DNA of 64,000 nucleotides, taken from the NCBI RefSeq assembly GCF_009834535.1, contig NC_045697.1, positions 111,726,001 through 111,790,000 of the forward strand, in the 5' to 3' direction. The position numbers and the translations under genes are program-made. Under the pieces are notes generated by a model. That model was not told the DNA's origin. It did no database searches and saw nothing but the letters and a program-made list of their open reading frames with translations. Of this stretch, positions 60,951-64,000 are shown in pieces; the stretch's first letter is position 1, and each line of letters opens with the position of its first letter. The DNA comes from Camelus ferus (Eukaryota).

Positions 60951-62739
60951 AGTATTATTAGAGCTTATAAAATTTCAAAGTCAAAAAAGTTCTTAGAAAT
61001 CAAGCACAACTGCCTAGATTTTTATTATAGTATGTAATATTATATTAAAGTATATACTATAGCACTATTTCAGTCTAAAAGCTACTACATATGTTGGTAC
61101 TGCTTGCTCTTTAGTGAGGATAAAAGGTGTTAACTGCTCATAGCAGTAGTTAGGCAAATAAAGTGTGCATACATTCCAGTTATGAAGAAGCTGTAAGGTA
61201 TCATTCCTTTAAAATTCTTTTTTAATATACTGTAATTGAATAGCAGAAGAAAATGTCACTGCAAAGTATGCTCATTGGCATAAGGACGATTTTGAGAAAC
61301 TGCAGACACAGCAGCACTCAGAAAAGAGTAGAAGTTAGCCTTCTGTAAAGAAAATTTACATTAAAAAGGGAGTCTGTACGTGGAAGAGATCTATTACAAA
61401 GATCACTTTTCCACCTGCCTTATTTACATGGCAGAGCAAATTATGTTCACCAACTATTTCCTCTTCCAATGAACTGTCTTCCTCCTATTTGAAACCCCAT
61501 ACCCGCCCCCTACTTAGCTCAGTATGGTATATAAGCCTCAATTGCTTGGCTGCCTTTTGAGTCTCATTCCTTTGTGGAGCTCCTGCAGGTACATTATGTT
61601 CATAGATAATTAAAACTGGTTTGTTTTTTTTTTTCTTCTGTTAACCTTTTTTATTATGGGACGGGGTAGAGGTATCTCAGGAAACAGCCTACCAGAGGGG
61701 AAAATATTTTTCCTTCCCTCCACTATAAAAAGGAATGTATTAAGTAATGAAAATGTGTCTTCTAACCTTCTGACCTTCCAACCTAATTTTTATAAATAAC
61801 AGTGTCACATCACATGGGTTCCTAATTCTTGTTTAAAATTCCTTCCAGATTTTACAAAGGCACTTTAACAGAGTAAAATATACAGAGAAAGTTTTAAGAA
61901 TGTTGCCAAGACTATAATACAGGTAGCACATTTCAAAGCAGGATTGAAAATTTTGGAATCAGAAGGAAGAGTTATATTGCTTTAAAAAGAGTTATTTCAT
62001 TTAAATTAGTGTTTCCGTACAGATTTCAAATGGGTCCTCCCTTCCCCCTATAGTTACCTCCCCTAACCCACTTTCTAGACTCAGGCCGTGGAGTGAAAAG
62101 AACAGCGTTGGGGGGCACTTTCGCGGTCCAAGTTACAAACATAGGCCGACTATTCTGACTACCATCTCCTACTCCATGTCATGAATCCCTCAACAATACA
62201 GCATTCTAAACTCAAATATAACCTTCCGACCTCCCATTTCAAGCACTGCAAGCCCTTCTCCTTACTGTAAGAACAGCAAGATCCGGAGTACACGGCCATC
62301 CGGCCCCTACTCTCATTTCCCGGGCCCACGCATCTCTCACACCACAAGTCACAGTTCGGATTTCCCATTCATTTTTCTCAACCTTTGGTTAATGACACTA
62401 GAATGTACGGTTCAGGGTCTGAATGCTTCCCTATTTCTCCTCAAAACTGATTACTTATTCTATTCTTGGAGCTGCTGAAAAGTGTTGGCGAGTGTGAGCT
62501 CCATAAATATCAGGTATGTGAAGCATCATCTAAAGTCACTAGTATTTATTGTCACAATAAATACCTGTGACTTTAGATGATGTTTAACATACCAGAGCCT
62601 CCACCCTCTCACCTGCTGAAAAGAAGACAACCTCCTGGACACAACAGTGCGGAGTACCGGATGGCTCAACCCGCCTGGGTGGAGAGCCTCCCCTAATTCC
62701 CCACAGTAATGCCTCTGAGGCCTGCCACCTCCCAAACCT

Positions 62740-63120
62740 CCGTCCAGGTCAGTCTCTGTCACTGTGCGCCGTCCGCCACGCCCCCCCGCCCCCCCAGTCT
62801 GAGGAGACCCCGCGGTCCGGCGCCGGGAGACGCCCAGCAAGCCCCGCTCAGCGAAGCCCCCCTCGGCCCTTCCTCTCGCCCTCCCGGCTCACCTGGAGCG
62901 CGTGGCTCGACCCTCTCAGGCCAGCGAATATGAGGAGCCTCCAGGCGTGGGCCCAGGGCGCAGGCTTCGCGCCACGAGCGGCCGGTCTCGCGAAATGGCG
63001 CGCACTGGGCGCGCGGTGATTGGCGGTTCCCCCAGAAGTGGGCGGGGATGGGCCTGCGCATGCTCAGTGACGGGGCGGGAGCACAAGGAGGAGCGCCTGA
63101 GCTTGGGGAATGCGGTGGAG
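62740..63120 (-). promoter_or_regulatory. CpG-island promoter and predicted exon 1 of TRIM60
   Basis: CpG-dense. Minus-strand donor CAG|GTGAGC (exon ends at 62893), CCAAT at ~63019-63023, GC boxes, NRF1-like TGCGCATGCTCA at 63055-63066 and E2F-like GGCGGGA at ~63074. Confidence 0.65.
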
Positions 63121-64000
63121 GACATTTCCAAAGTGGTCGGGCCAACGTTGACTTCTGCCGATCATCTAGTTCCCTGTGGGGACTTTTCACATTGTTATTG
63201 CTTCGAGTCCCATGAGCAAGCTGAGGGTCAAAGTAAGGTTGGGGTAGTTGTGAAAAGCGTCACCGCCACCTCCCGTCTAACCGCTTCTGGTGGCCTGCGG
63301 TCGCAGGACGCAGCAGGGGAGGGGTGGTTTTGTTTCAGAAAGTGAAGAACAGTCTCCTGCCGGATCCGTTGCCTCAGGCTGGGTGACTGGGTGGGTCTGC
63401 CCCTGCCCTATATACAGTGTGTCCCACCTGGACCCGGGCTCCCTGAGGCCTCTCCTGAGGAAATAATATTTAAGGTGGAATTTAAGGAAAGAATGTGAAT
63501 TAGATGGACAAACTTAAGGGTAAAGTCTTAAAGGCTGAAGCACTTGTAATTGAAAAGCTTCTTGGCTCTAGTGACTTCATGCCTGTGGGACTGAAAGAGG
63601 CTATTATTTGCAGGAGAAATATTAAAATTTGCATATCACTTTTCTGTTGAAATCGTAGTGCTGGATTCCCAGAGTAGCCTATTGTTCTGTGATCTGATAT
63701 TTAGTGGAAGAATAGGACTCAGTTAGGGAGAGCCATTGTGTGTTATTGCAGCTTCGTTGATAGGCGTGATACTGTGATTCATAAGAACTGTGTATTTACT
63801 CATTCAGATGACTAAAATAAATATTTCTCACATATATTTAACCTTCATCCATGGTTTCTGGGTTATAGCTCCAAGGATCCTTGGAATTCCCTGAGTAATT
63901 GGAGCATCTATTGTTATAATTTTTGGTCACATGCCTTCAATTCCTGAACGATTCAGAGTCCGAGGTGACATGGGTGTCTTGTTATTCACAAGCAGCTCCT

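Noticed and set aside
1..64000. Prokaryotic-type systems (CRISPR, operons) and the many short 60-200 aa ORFs
   Set aside because: The sequence is mammalian; there are no regular repeat-spacer arrays, and the short ORFs fall in repeats or lack recognisable homology.

Overview
Mammalian genomic DNA, probably camelid judging by its tRNA-derived SINEs (inferred). It holds the TRIM60/TRIM75 cluster of RING-B-box2-coiled-coil-PRY/SPRY (B30.2) E3 ligase genes, each with a single coding exon. In order: TRIM75 (minus, 11879-13324, extremely GC-rich); a tandem pair of TRIM60/75-like paralogs on the plus strand (copy A 31238-32621, disrupted in PRY/SPRY; copy B 47985-49370, intact); and TRIM60 (minus, 53327-54742, with a CpG-island promoter near 62.9-63.1 kb). 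The rest is mostly L1, L2, LTR/ERV and SINE debris plus an RPS26 processed pseudogene. Main signals: (1) copies A and B share a ~1.3 kb tract that is essentially identical and covers the splice acceptor and RBCC, ending where PRY starts, while copy A's SPRY carries four disabling lesions, leaving a possible SPRY-less decoy; (2) GC reaches 82-88% in the TRIM75 SPRY loops and has rewritten the protein; (3) copy A lost ~7.7 kb of intron, including an ERV and a DUX4-type motif, and has a GC splice donor. Exon, promoter and repeat-family calls were made by eye and are predictions; repeat boundaries are approximate.
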